From positions 1,302,001 to 1,366,000 of the forward strand of contig MU058687.1 in the NCBI GenBank assembly GCA_013265495.1: a stretch of DNA of 64,000 nucleotides, given 5' to 3'. The position numbers were made by a program, and so were the translations under genes. Numbering within the stretch: the stretch's first letter is position 1; every line of letters begins with the position of its first letter. The notes below the pieces were generated by a model that saw nothing but the letters and a program-made list of their open reading frames with translations, was not told the DNA's origin and did no database searches. Source of the stretch: Vicugna vicugna (lineage: Eukaryota). Below are positions 14,341 to 26,290 of this stretch, in pieces.

Positions 14341-17300
14341 GGAAACATTGTTAATACAGAAAAAAAAAAAGAAGAAGAGGAAGAAGAAGAAAGAAAAAAT
14401 GAAACAAAGTACTACTTTAGAATCTTGGATACACATATATTATGGCAAAAAGTTCTGGGAACTAATCAAATCCCAAATGTGTAGTCACCAGAGTGGTGCC
14501 ATCCTTCCTTTCTTCAGAACCTGTTCACCATCTGATACTCACACTTCCCCACTCTCTAGCCCCCAAGAACACAATTACAGATAATTACTAAGAGCAAAGA
14601 GGATATTCAAAAAGACAAGACTGCAGGAATAACATATTTTCACATTCCAAGCTGATCTAAAAACTCTAATTTCGATTTGGCTCCTATGAATAAAGTTACA
14701 GAAAATGTAGAACTTCTCCAAGGCATAACTGGATAAAAATAAGCCTCCAGATTTGCTCATTGTACAGTTTAATTCTTAAGGGAGAAGGATGGGATTACCT
14801 AGAAATGTTTAAATGTAAATGAAACCAGTAAAGGACAGCAGGAAATAAGCATCAAGGATACGGCACTGAACAGTCATCCCAGATGTCATCATGCCCAAGG
14901 CCAGGCAAGGAAAAGGCCAGGTCAGTGGCCGAGGACAAACAACCCAGCTTAATCAGGCACAAGTTTGCCCAACCATCTTATTTCCTAGGAGAATAGTTTA
15001 TTGATCTCTTTGTATTCTCCTTATTAAAAATTATTTATTTAAGGACAGGAGGCCTCTCTAGATGATAGGAACCTAGATACAAGTCAGAAAACTCTTATTA
15101 AGGCATTGGTAAAAATCCTTCATCGAGTATTTTGCAAAATGAATTAAGAAGTCTGCCATGTTCTTCTGAAAGACTTGGATACAATCCGCACCTCCAATTG
15201 GTATTCAGAAAGGGTGACAATTATTTATTGTTCTCCTTTACATTTTACTAAGGAACTACGATCATGGTAGAACCACTTGCATTGTTGGTTCTGATATCTG
15301 AAAATGTATTAAAGATTCATTTTAGGGCAAAGACTCAAATGCTTTACAAGAGGCTGAGGCAAAGCAACTATCACTGCCTGTACGTTTTATCAGCATGAAA
15401 TTTATCTCCTAGAAATAGTGTGTGATAATGATCACAATTTCCTCAATGCCTCCACATTTCTATAATCCCTATGACCTTCAGTTGACACAACTATATAAGG
15501 GTATCTATCCAGATATTTGGAAATCCAGGCAGGCAACTTGACAACTTAACCTTCATGTTAGGCTCTTATACAGTGTTGGGCATTCTAAGTGACCCTAGAG
15601 TTTTTCTGAACATCTGTAGGGTTCCATGTAGTTTATAACTTTGCAGCTATTTAGGAGCCAATTGATCTTAAGAAAGAAAAAAAAAAAAACCTCCAAAAAC
15701 CACATGTCCTAACCCCAGCATAATCACATAAATCAGCAGGTAGCTAAAATTAAGGAATAGAAAACTAGGCCAATCTCAGTGACTAGCTAGAGCTGACAAA
15801 GTCTAATAGGCTGAAATGATGGTTTTAAATTTCTTTAATTAGAATGCTCTGATTACAGATCACCTTAAAAGGTCATCTGGTTTCTCAAAAACTGAGATTC
15901 TATTTTTTCTTCTTAAATTCTACTAGAGAATTACCATGGTAATACAATAAATAACCGCCACTTTTACCTACTATAACAGCAGACACTTAAAGGATTCCTT
16001 TCTTCCCTTTAACAACAAAAAACACTTATAAAATATACTATAAAGTTCTTAATTAAACAAAAGTAACATCAAGCCATAAAATCCTCCCTAATGACATCAA
16101 GGAATGGGAAGTAATAAAGATCTATTTCTAGATAACACCTTCTGAAGAAAAGCAAATCAAAGTTCACAACTTATAAAGTAGGGGGGAAAGTGTTAATTGT
16201 ATATGCACAGTAGCTGATGTCAAGAATATGTGAATACTCACACTGAAACTACCAAATAAGTGAGAATACAGATCCACTGGGAAAACAGACTCATTTAGAA
16301 TTGGATTTTCTTGGACCATTCCAGGCAGTGTCCAGAAAACAGATTCTTGAGCAGGTCCTGCTCCTGAAGGCTGTCCCTCTTCCTTTACCCAACGTTCAAG
16401 ATAATAAATACCCTGCCTACTTCAAAACGATCTTTAAGTAGCTTAGGCCCAAACACAAGGCAAATAAAGCAATTAGGAATTAAAGAACAGAATTCAACTG
16501 GAGGAAGAAACAAACAGGCACTATCGAGAACCTGAACTGACCAAATGATATCTGTACAATAAATTTGGCTCTCAGTTTTCTGGAAGCCAAGATTAAAAGA
16601 GAAACAAGTTGGGTTACATATTATTTTTCTGATAAATGCTCACAAACTTATCTTCAGAGATAATTTTCCTGGAACTAAACAAGAAGAACAACTTATCTAG
16701 AAGGTCCTTGTAAAAAGACTGACCAATATTAGACTCTCCGTTTTGAACCATGGCCTTGCTAAGGATAAAAACACAGTTCAAATGGATGATTTTAGTGACC
16801 CTCCTTAATGATCTGTCTGACCTAATGCAGAGGTGGGACCTGAAGGAACTAAATGAATGCTCCCATGCCCAGGGATTCTGCCCGTTAACACATCACTTCT
16901 CTCCCCATCCTAGCTCCTCTTGCTGCTCAGGGAATTCTTAACCTTACTCTAAAGTTGCAAGAAGGCTGGGACTACTTTTGGCCACTTGCTAAAAAAATAG
17001 AAGTGTTTAAAAAAATAAAAGTGCTGGGGAAAAAAATGTCTTAAAAAAATACTATCCACCCAGATCTTGGTTTCTAATATTATTCTCCAGTAAAAGGAAC
17101 CAGGGCCCCTTGATTAAAAGGCTGATCCCAAGACTGGAGCAAGAAATATACAACATAAGCGTGGAGCATCTTATAGTGTCAGAAAGTAAAGAAGCACTCA
17201 AAAGCAAAACAGAACAAAACAACAAGAACGGGGATATGTCAAAAAGCCACAAAAGCTAAATGAAAGAGCTTCCAAAAGCCAAAGCTAAAACAATTTGAGC

Positions 17301-17542
17301 GAAAAAATAAAGTGGTATTGGATTGTAATCCAAAGTATAAAATAAATATCCATGAATCCACACTGATATAAATGATATAAACGGGGGAGAAGAGACAGAT
17401 CTACTTGTGCAGAAGACTCTAATTTATGTAGAAACAGCACACTCAAGGAGGTTGAGCAGAACTCCCCACTCCTTAAGTGTGGGTTGCACATAGTAACTTC
17501 CTTCCAACAGCAGAATAGAAAGGGGGAAAAAAAGTAACTTTT

Positions 17543-17660
17543 GAGGGGTGGGTATAGCTCTGGTAGAGTGCATGCTTCGCATGCACAAGGTCCTGGGTTC
17601 AAGTCCTAGTACATCTATTAAAAAAAAAAATTCCTACTCTTAAAAAAAAAAAACCCAAAA
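17543..17660 (+). mobile_element. tRNA-derived SINE (Vic-1-like) inserted in an old L1M fragment
   Basis: GGGTATAGCTCTGGTAGAGTGCATGCTT...GGTCCTGGGTTCAAGTCC followed by an A-tail. Confidence 0.85.
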
Positions 17661-20600
17661 CAGTAACCTTACAGTGGAGAATACCTGACACACTACCTCA
17701 GCCAGAGGAAGGGATACAAAATGCCAGGTATTTGATGAAACATTTTAGCTGCTAACAAGGGACAGTAAGAAATACCAGATGATTTCAGCATTTCCTGTAT
17801 GTGTTTTACGCTGTAAGTAATAAACTACATGAAGGACCCAACAACATTAGTTGTAGGGGGAGGGCAAGAAGACTGTGGGTCCATACACTTCATTTGGTAA
17901 GCATTCAGAATGAATCGTAAACTGCAGGGTCTATTACTTTAAGATATAAAAATAATTAGAACACCAACTCATTGAAGATGCTGTAGTTTTAGACTAGAAA
18001 AAAACAGTATTAGAAATATTTTCAAAAGGCCACTGTTCTCAAACACGAAGAACACAGACAACTCGGACAGCCTAGAAGCTATATTTAATGGGCCTAAAAC
18101 AAATTTACCCTGATCGTTCAAACGAGAGCAAATATCGAGTCAGCCAACTGCATCCCTGAAATCAAAGGATCACACCTAGATTTTACCCAGAACAAAGTTA
18201 AACTTAGCAGGATTTAGCAACACTGAATTCTTTCAAATTTCCAACACAATTCAGCATAGCATAGCACAGAAGTGCTGTTTAAGGAGGCTTGTAGAAGTGT
18301 GGAAAACTAGAAATGGAAAATTTCCAGGCACTGATCTCATAATGGCTAGATGCTCTCTTCCTGCTTCTATCAGCATTTGCCACGTTAACTCAGCATAGGC
18401 AGTACGTCACGCTTGACTAGGGGGTAGGAGTAGGGGGAGTTGGGGGAGGAGAAAACTGGAGAACGAGGGGAAGGGAGGGAGGGGAATGAGAAGGAAAGAC
18501 CAGTTGCTGCCCTAACAATACAACTGCGGGGGTGAAGCCAGATCAAATGTTTTTTTTCATACTGTTTCAAAGTTATTTACGGTAAAAACCTCCAGCGTGA
18601 CCCTTTCAGGCACAAACAAAGCCTTGTTCTTTCTTAACAACTAGTCCCTTGATTTCCCACACGTTATGTTGAACAATGAGGTTGGGGGCACAGGATAAAG
18701 CAGATGACATCAACCTCCCTCAACTCGGAGGCTTGTTTGGGAGCCCAAATTCTGGTCTGTGGCCAGCTAGCTATTTCACAGAGGGCTCTACTGTCCAGGC
18801 TGCCAGGCTGCGTATGCATTTGGGGGCCATGGCTAAGGATCAACCACCAGTCAGTAATTCACACAAGAAATAGCACAGAAGTCACTGCACCCAACTAAAT
18901 AACCTTTATAAGTCTGTCCCTTTTCCTAGAAACTAGACTCAGTCTTCAGAAGTCATCATAGAGATATGGAATAGCAACTTAAATTTTAAGCAGCCCCCTT
19001 CTCTCGATCAGTTCAAACAAAACAGAAAAGGCTGTGGACAACTGTTGAACAAGGGGGATTTAAATGAGATAACATACTGTTTAACTTTTATGAAGAAGGA
19101 AACATGGTCAGGCTTTAATTTAAAGCTAGAAATTTGTAATATAAAACAAAAATAAACTAGATTTTAATGCTATTAAATTTTAACACACCAATTAGCCTGC
19201 ACTAAACCATCTATTTACTGACCTGTTTCTAACCCACTGGACAACAGTCACATAAAATGTAAATTTGAAAAAGACATTTCCTTCCTCACGGAAAAAGATC
19301 AGTCCCCAGTAAAGACAACAGTAAAGCTAAAGTATAACTACTCCAAATAAAACTGATCAGAACTATAGTATAGACACACACACACACAATCTTTTCATAC
19401 AGCTTTTAGGGTGAAAAGAAAGTTATAAGCCAATGGTTTCCCAACTGCCAAGATGCTTCTTGATCATTTGGGGCTTAAATTGTGATAGGCCTATGACTCA
19501 AGGCTGAACTCTTCAAATGATCTGTCTAGCTTTCTCATCTGTAAGCTAGTTGGGCAAGACTGGGACCATAACTGAGTGTTACATCAAAATTTTTAAGAAT
19601 CTCATTTAGCAAAATGGATTAATAATTAGCAACAGCACTCTTGAAAAATGACAATGGGAAAAAAAAAAGGTTAGACCAATTAGATTATTTGGAAGAGGCT
19701 AAAACAGGATAAGTGACTTCAATTATTACCATCAGGCTTTTCTTTCCTTTCTGGTGATGATTATGACATCTCTTCACAACTGCTTTTTATCTCCCTGTAA
19801 TGTACGTCCAAAGTATAAATCACCTGTAGGCAATAACTCTTCTCATCTCCTAAAATTACTTCATTGTCCAATTTTCACTATTAACAAACATTCTAAATAA
19901 TACATGGAACTGGAGCCTACTGAACTACTACAATATCATCTTTATGAAAATGTGGTTTTCAATTCAAAGATTCTGGGTTGCTACAACAGGCTTTTACTAT
20001 GGACGTGAAGTAATGAGGAAACTTCCATATTCACTATGAATGATGAGTTGATACTTCCTGCTTCAATTCTGTGCAGTCGTCTTTAAATCTGAAACTATTT
20101 AGCTTAATTTAGCCTCATTCTGGGAAATGAGTAAGGGAGGGATAACCTCAATAGGAAATCTCAACACAAAACACACCCCAATATATGACTGAAGGAGAAA
20201 GTTCCCACCATAATTTTAACCCATTTCTCTTTACAGAAAGGACTTCCCTGGCCATTCAAATTTTCTTTGCCCCATCAATGATTCCCTACTGCCTACTGCT
20301 CCATTTTTCATTCTAGTACTTATATTTTATGTATTTTTTGAAACTTGTTTCTTGTCTTTGTTTCCCACTAGAGCTCAAGGACCTTTTCTGCTATTCATTC
20401 CCATATCTCCATCTAGGTCTGGCTTATATTAAGTATTAAACAAATATTTATTGAATGAATGAGAGGATCACAAAAACTTAAGAATTCCTCTTACTAAAAT
20501 ATTCTTTAACTGGTCACTGCAATGACTTAGGACCAGGGAGTTAGATAAGCAATTCAATTTTCACTCGCTAGAGAAGAAGGGAAAGATGACTAACATCTAT

Positions 20601-22373
20601 GGCCCACCCCAGCGAGCCCTGCACAATGAAGAACTCAATTCAATTAGTCCTTCTAACAATTCTATGAGGTCTATCATCCCCATCTTACAGATAAGGGACC
20701 CAAAGAGAAGAGTTAAGTAATTCCCCTAAAACCATACACCCTTTAAGTGTTGGAGTTGATGGGATTTGAACCCAAATCTGGATCTGACTCCAGATCCAGA
20801 CTCAGTAAGACTAAGACATTTAACTCAGCTGTACAACAATGCCTACATAGTACATTAAACTGAAGACACAAAGAATGAATAAGACAATAAAAAGTTCACA
20901 AAGTAAGCCATGTCAAACAGGATGCAATGGAAACACAAAGGAGGGGCACACAGGCAAAGACTGGTCTAAGTTAAGACAACATTGTATTAAAAGAACTGCA
21001 AGCCAGTATTCAGACCAGCTAGAGTCAGGAGCAGAAGTAAAGAAATGAAGAGGAAGGAAGAGGTAAAGATCAGAGATGAGGCTAGGACAGTGCCAATTCA
21101 TTTGTTTATTCATCCTACTCTGTGGGAAGTCCTACTCTGTGCCAGGCACTGTATTGGACACAGGCATTTCAATGATGAGTGAGACACAACCTCTGCTCAA
21201 GGAACTTAAAGTCTATATGAGGAGACGGGTAAGCACAAAACTACAACACACAGAGTGATACATGATAACACTCATGTATTATTTCCTGGACATATGGTGC
21301 TCCTTGACAGGAAGATGGTGAATGAGGCAGGTCAATCAAGGCAGTATATTCACTAAGATCCTTCAGAGAGAGACTGCCTCATTCAGAGCAACAACTAAAT
21401 GCCAAGCCCAGCTGGCCAGGTTGTGCACTACAGAAAGTCTCCAATTCTCCAAATCTCAACCCAAACCACAGCTGCTTAAACCAGGGGTGGATATACGACC
21501 AAAGAGAGGACAATCAACAGGCTGTTCAGAGACGCAGAAGGTGGTCTGGCACACAAAAAGGAGCTGAACCAATCAGATTCTTGCACTCAGGAGCTGCATT
21601 TCAGAAGTTGAAATAATGCAGAGAGAGTCCTAGGCAGTCTGGGCCACGAGTGGTCAAAATTTAAGAGAAAGAGGAACTAAGTGAGCAGAGGCTATGAGAA
21701 AGGTTGCAAACTGTGCTAAGGAGCTGGATCATGCCCACAAATGGGTTCCGTGGCCTGCATAATATATTAAATTTTTAAAAACAACACCCAGAGTTTATGA
21801 TCTCTAAAATACCATTCTTCACAAAAAGAAACCAGAACTTCTTGGAGAAACAGCTGCATTCAGGTCAGGGGTTGAGCCTAGGACTCCTAGTTCTACAAAA
21901 CAGGGAAGCTATCAAAGCCTAATAGGACTGTGTCAAAAGGATACAGGAGCCAAAGCGACAAGTGAGCATAAAGAACCAATGCAACTGACTAAAACAGTGA
22001 CTCTAAAACTTGAAACAAATAACACAAAATGATTTCAGTATAATACTTAAAAAACAAAACAAAACCTTCTTCAGACTACGATAGAAATGGCAAGAACAAC
22101 AATTCCTTACTTTGAAAACTGTCAATAAGGAGGAATGCATTCTGCACTTACCCTAACTTTCCTTCACGAATGACAAATTTTAGGGTAACCAAATGGCCTT
22201 AACTGATGAATTCTTTAAGAATAATCCAGCTAGTAAACATAGAAGGAATAACAGAATTAGAAAGTCATTTCACAACCTTAAAGAAGCAATAAATTCACAC
22301 AAGAAATCAATGGATTCATACGTGAAAGATTAATTGGAAGCTTTACATTGCAGGCTCCAGGCTGTTACCACCT

Positions 22374-22830
22374 TGGTAGGCAGGATGATGTCCCCACTCT
22401 CCAAGAGATGTCCATATCCTAATTTCCAAAACCTATGAATCTGTTATCTTACATGGCAAAAGGGGTTTTGCAGATGTGGATTAAACTACGAATCCTTAAA
22501 AGGGAAAAGGGGAAGCATCTCAGAGGAGATGAGATGACTGAAGCTGAGGAAGGAGAGAGGTGTGGGTGGGAGAAAGAGAGAGCCAGATTTGGAGATACTA
22601 TGCTCCTGTCTTTCAGAATGGAGGAAGGAGTCACTGACTAAAGGATGCAAGTGGGGTCTAGAAGTTAAAAAAGGCAAGTAAATGCATTCTTCCCTAGAGC
22701 CTCTAGAAGGAGCACAGCCCTGCTGACACCTTGAATTTAGGGCTTCTGACCTAGAACTATAAGGTAAATGTGTGTTGTAAGCCACTGAGTATACGGTAAT
22801 TCGTTACAGTAGCAGTAGGACACTAATACA
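22374..22830 (+). mobile_element. MaLR solo LTR (MLT1-type)
   Basis: TG...CA ends, MLT1 motifs (GATGTGGATTAA, CCCTGCTGACACCTTGA, AAGCCACTGAGT...GTTACAGTAGCAGTAGG), 5-bp TSD CACCT / CGCCT. Confidence 0.85.
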
Positions 22831-22849
22831 CGCCTGAACCCACTGATCT

Positions 22850-23490
22850 CTGTTAGCAGCACTAAAGGACACAAAGAGCACTGTGTGCTCTGCCATGATG
22901 CCACACAAAGTCCACAATACCGCCCATGAAGTAACCTCACCAAAAAGAGAAACCTGAATCTAATTACATTTTTACAGCTGACTCCTTTTACAAGAAATAT
23001 GGGGGACAGAACTGGTTAAATGACACCTCAGGGAAGCAAAGAGACAAATCCAAAATGTAGGACATTCCTTAATGACCACTGACTCCAACAATATAAGTGC
23101 AAGCATATTAAGAAAGAGAGAGAGAGAGGGAGGGGGAGTGGGTTGCTTTAAAGAGATTTGAGAGACACAACAAATTAATTTTAAATAGATATTTTTGAGA
23201 CAAGTGGAGAAATTTCACTACAGAGTGGGTATTATTAGATGGCATTAAGGAATTATTAATTTTGCAAGGTATGATTATAGCCACATACCATTGTGATTAA
23301 GTTCATACTTTTTAAGAAGTATGAAGGACTAAAATACCATGATGTCTAGGATTTACTTTAAAACAATTTAGCGTAAAATGAGAAAAGAGAAGCAGTTACA
23401 ATGAAACAAGTATAGCAAGATCCTGATAATTGTTGAATCTGGGTAATGTGTACATGGACTGACTGTACTCTTTATAAAACTGAAAATAAA
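22850..23490 (+). mobile_element. Old L1M (L1MC-like) 3' fragment
   Basis: GAGACAAATCCAAAATGTAGGACATTC...ATTAAGGAATTATTAATTTT...ATTGTTGAATCTGGGTAATG. Related pieces at about 16500-17700, 21770-22350 and 45440-45670. Confidence 0.6.
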
Positions 23491-25279
23491 TGCCAAAGCC
23501 AATCTGAATTAGTTGGTAACATTTAAAATTCAGGCGCTTTTACACCAAAATCTTAATTTCTGACTTCATTTGAAAAATCAGATGTGGCAACAAGGCCTAC
23601 ATCAAGAGATGAGTACTGGCTACTCCAAATTAACAGTTTCCGCTACTCCCAATTATCCCCCATTTATCATGACTACTGCTATTTTTCTTATAGCTGGCCC
23701 AATTCACTTATTTATGTTACCTACTTGGCATTTGGGTTAAGGACCCCAAGAGTAGTTCAATTAAGAAGGTTAGTGGCAAGAGAATAGAGCAGATCCCAGG
23801 AGAGCAACTGAGTGATGGCACAATACTAGTGTGAAGGTGCAGACTCCTGCTGTTGAGGTCATTCAGCAGCCTTGGATACAGATGTAATTCCCATAAGACC
23901 ATGATACACTATATGCTTCCTGTATTGAGTGCTTACTAGAATCAAGGCAGTATGCTTGACATTCTGAAAAATATGAACATGAAAATAATTCCTGCCCTCA
24001 GGATACTAACAGTCTAATGAGGAGGACTAGATATAAACATAAGTAGTTATAATGTAAGATGATAATAAGTTAATTTAGAGTACTGTTCAGGGTGTCTCAG
24101 ATGTAAAATGCAAAGTGGGGAGTGAAAAACACATAAAGCTTCAGGAACAGATTATGAAGAGCACTATAGAGTATGCTGGGATATTTAAACTATACCTGAT
24201 GAGTAATAGTGAGCCACTGGAGAGTTTTAAAATATAAGTACAAGTCAGAGGGGGCTAGAGGTAAGAGTAAAGTCTCTCCGTTGCTCAAATTCACTGATTC
24301 TATGCGCTACATCCTTTGAAGAGCCAAAAGCATGATTCCCCACCCCACTGCCACCAAATGTTGTATCTAAGCCTCTAAAATGATGCCATCATGGCCTTCT
24401 TGGCCAGACAGAAGTCTGGTACCTGAGGAGAATAATAAAAGGCTAGGTCACTGTACAATAGCCCTGAAAATAGTTAATATCCTTCAAATAAAGTTTAAAT
24501 AAATTGCTCCTGTTACTACTACTGGGTTCCAATACTTTAAGCATAAAATTATAGTCTTATACCTGAAGCTCTATTAAAATGTAAAAATGTTCCTTCCTGT
24601 TTAGTCTAAGACCCATCCTGTTAAAAACAAAAACCACGTGCTTATTGTGAATGAAAAAAACTACCTAAAATGCAGTCAAATCGTGACAGACATCAAATTA
24701 TATTATGTTTCAAAGATCAGGCCCAGTCATCTTAACTACAATATGGGACCAAAATGGCCTGATGGTAGCAGTTATCACCATCCAAGAGTATCGTTGAAAT
24801 TTACATAAAACTTGGTCAAGTCCAGATTCTGGGGTACCAGAAAGGAAAGGACTAGAGACTGAGAATATTTTGTGACCAGTAATAGGCTTTAATCAATCAC
24901 AGGAATTACAAACAAAAGCAAGAAGAGAATAAGATTGCAGCCCTTTTCCTTCCCCTTAACTCCCAAACTAAGCACCAATTCCAGCTCTGACACCAGTTTG
25001 TTATACTCCCTCTCTGAGCCTCAGTTTCCTCATATGTAAAATGAGGGTAGCAGTGCCTATTTCATAGGGCAGTGTACGAACTAAATGGTCGTGTGTGTTC
25101 AGCAGCACACGACCTGACACACAGCTAATGCTCAAGAAATAACAGCTTTTATTATTCACAGTAAATTTGTTATTTTCCTGGAGATATCAATGTGTCCTGT
25201 GATGCCGGCCCCTACAAATACTCGGCATCCAAAGACTCCTTTGGAGAATCAAGTTACAGTTCAAGGTACTTAAGATCAA

Positions 25280-26290
25280 AACGGGTATAGGCCCCTGACA
25301 ACGACCCAAAGTTGAAGCCGCCACAGCTCGGCTGTCACCACATCCGCCAAAGCCTGGCGGCCCTTCAGTGGGTTCCCGGCTTTGGCGCCCAGCCCCGCCC
25401 AGCAAACGCCAACCAGCCGGGTGAGGGGGCGGTCTAGACGGCGCGCCCTTCGCGCTCCGGGAGGCCAGGCCACCCTCTAGGTCTCTACCCGCCGGACTCC
25501 CCCGATCCGCAGTCACCTTGCCGACGCCTGCGGTCTTCCCTCCCTCCCCGCCCCGCGCCGCCCAGGGCCGCACCTTGAGATGGGTGCGCAGGCCGCCAGC
25601 GCCCCCAGACTGGTCGGTGATCTCGTACGCGCCGGTCACCAGCAGGTCCTTGTGGATCTCCTCGCGGAGGCACTTGCGGGAGTTAACGGGCAGATGGAAG
25701 GAGATGGCGAGGACGGAGCTGGGGCCGAGCAGGAATAAAAGCAGCAACGCTAATGGGCAAGGGCCACGCTGGGCTAGTGGGCCAGACAAACCAGACATGG
25801 TGCCGGAGACTGTTCACCACCCTGGGCCTCAACTGCGCCGGAATCAGGAGGGCCCACGTAACTCACCTCTGACCTTCCAATGCCGCCGGCGCCATTTTGG
25901 GGGCTGGCAAATAGATGAAAATGTATAGTAAATCTTGAAAAAGGGAAGAAAGGATGTGATACCACATCGTGCCCACAAGTTAAAGTGGCTAAATGAGATT
26001 TTTCTAGACTCTCCCAGCAAAAGTTTTATTTTTGTTAAGCTCAGTGACAGCTCAGTCGCCCATAGCAAGTATGGGCAGCCCTGGAAGTAATTCTCCTTTA
26101 ACTTCCGGAAACAGCACCCGCGAGTTTGTAGGCCGGTGATACCATGGCAACTAAACCCCAATAGGAAACAGCCACAAGACCCTTCGCTGGGCCCGCCCAC
26201 CAGCTTCCTGGGCGGGCGGGCGGCCGGGGCGAGGCGGGGGTGGTGGGTGGAGGGGAAGACAGAGGCCGTGCTGTCCCAGCACCTTGGTGA
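25280..26290. promoter_or_regulatory. TMED10 CpG island and promoter
   Basis: Only strongly GC- and CpG-rich stretch in the window, spanning exon 1. YY1-like GGCGCCATTTTG at 25888-25899, ETS ACTTCCGGAA at 26101-26110, RFX X-box-like GATACCATGGCAAC at 26138-26151, GC boxes at about 26190-26240. Confidence 0.9.
25574..25798 (-). CDS. TMED10: TMED10 coding exon 1 (signal peptide and start of GOLD domain, codons 1-75)
   Basis: Translates [75 protein letters not shown], which I recognise as the TMED10/TMP21 N-terminus. 225 nt, Kozak ACCATG, donor AAG|GTGCGG (phase 0). The rest of ORF 25187..25798 is intron read-through. Confidence 0.98.

Noticed and set aside
17543..17620. tRNA gene
   Set aside because: It has A and B boxes but also an A-tail and several dispersed diverged copies, so it is a SINE.
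20777..20800. Perfect 10-bp hairpin TCTGGATCTG-ACTC-CAGATCCAGA
   Set aside because: Too short for a pre-miRNA and lies at the end of a MIR relic; probably a local template-switch event.
25187..25573. C-terminal 128 aa of the 203-aa ORF as an extended TMED10 protein
   Set aside because: Similarity to TMED10 stops at the GT donor at 25573. The rest is GC-rich intron that is open by chance.
25855..25881. Canonical ERSE (CCAAT-N9-CCACG)
   Set aside because: CCACG and CCAAT are both present but in the wrong order and spacing for ERSE or ERSE-II.
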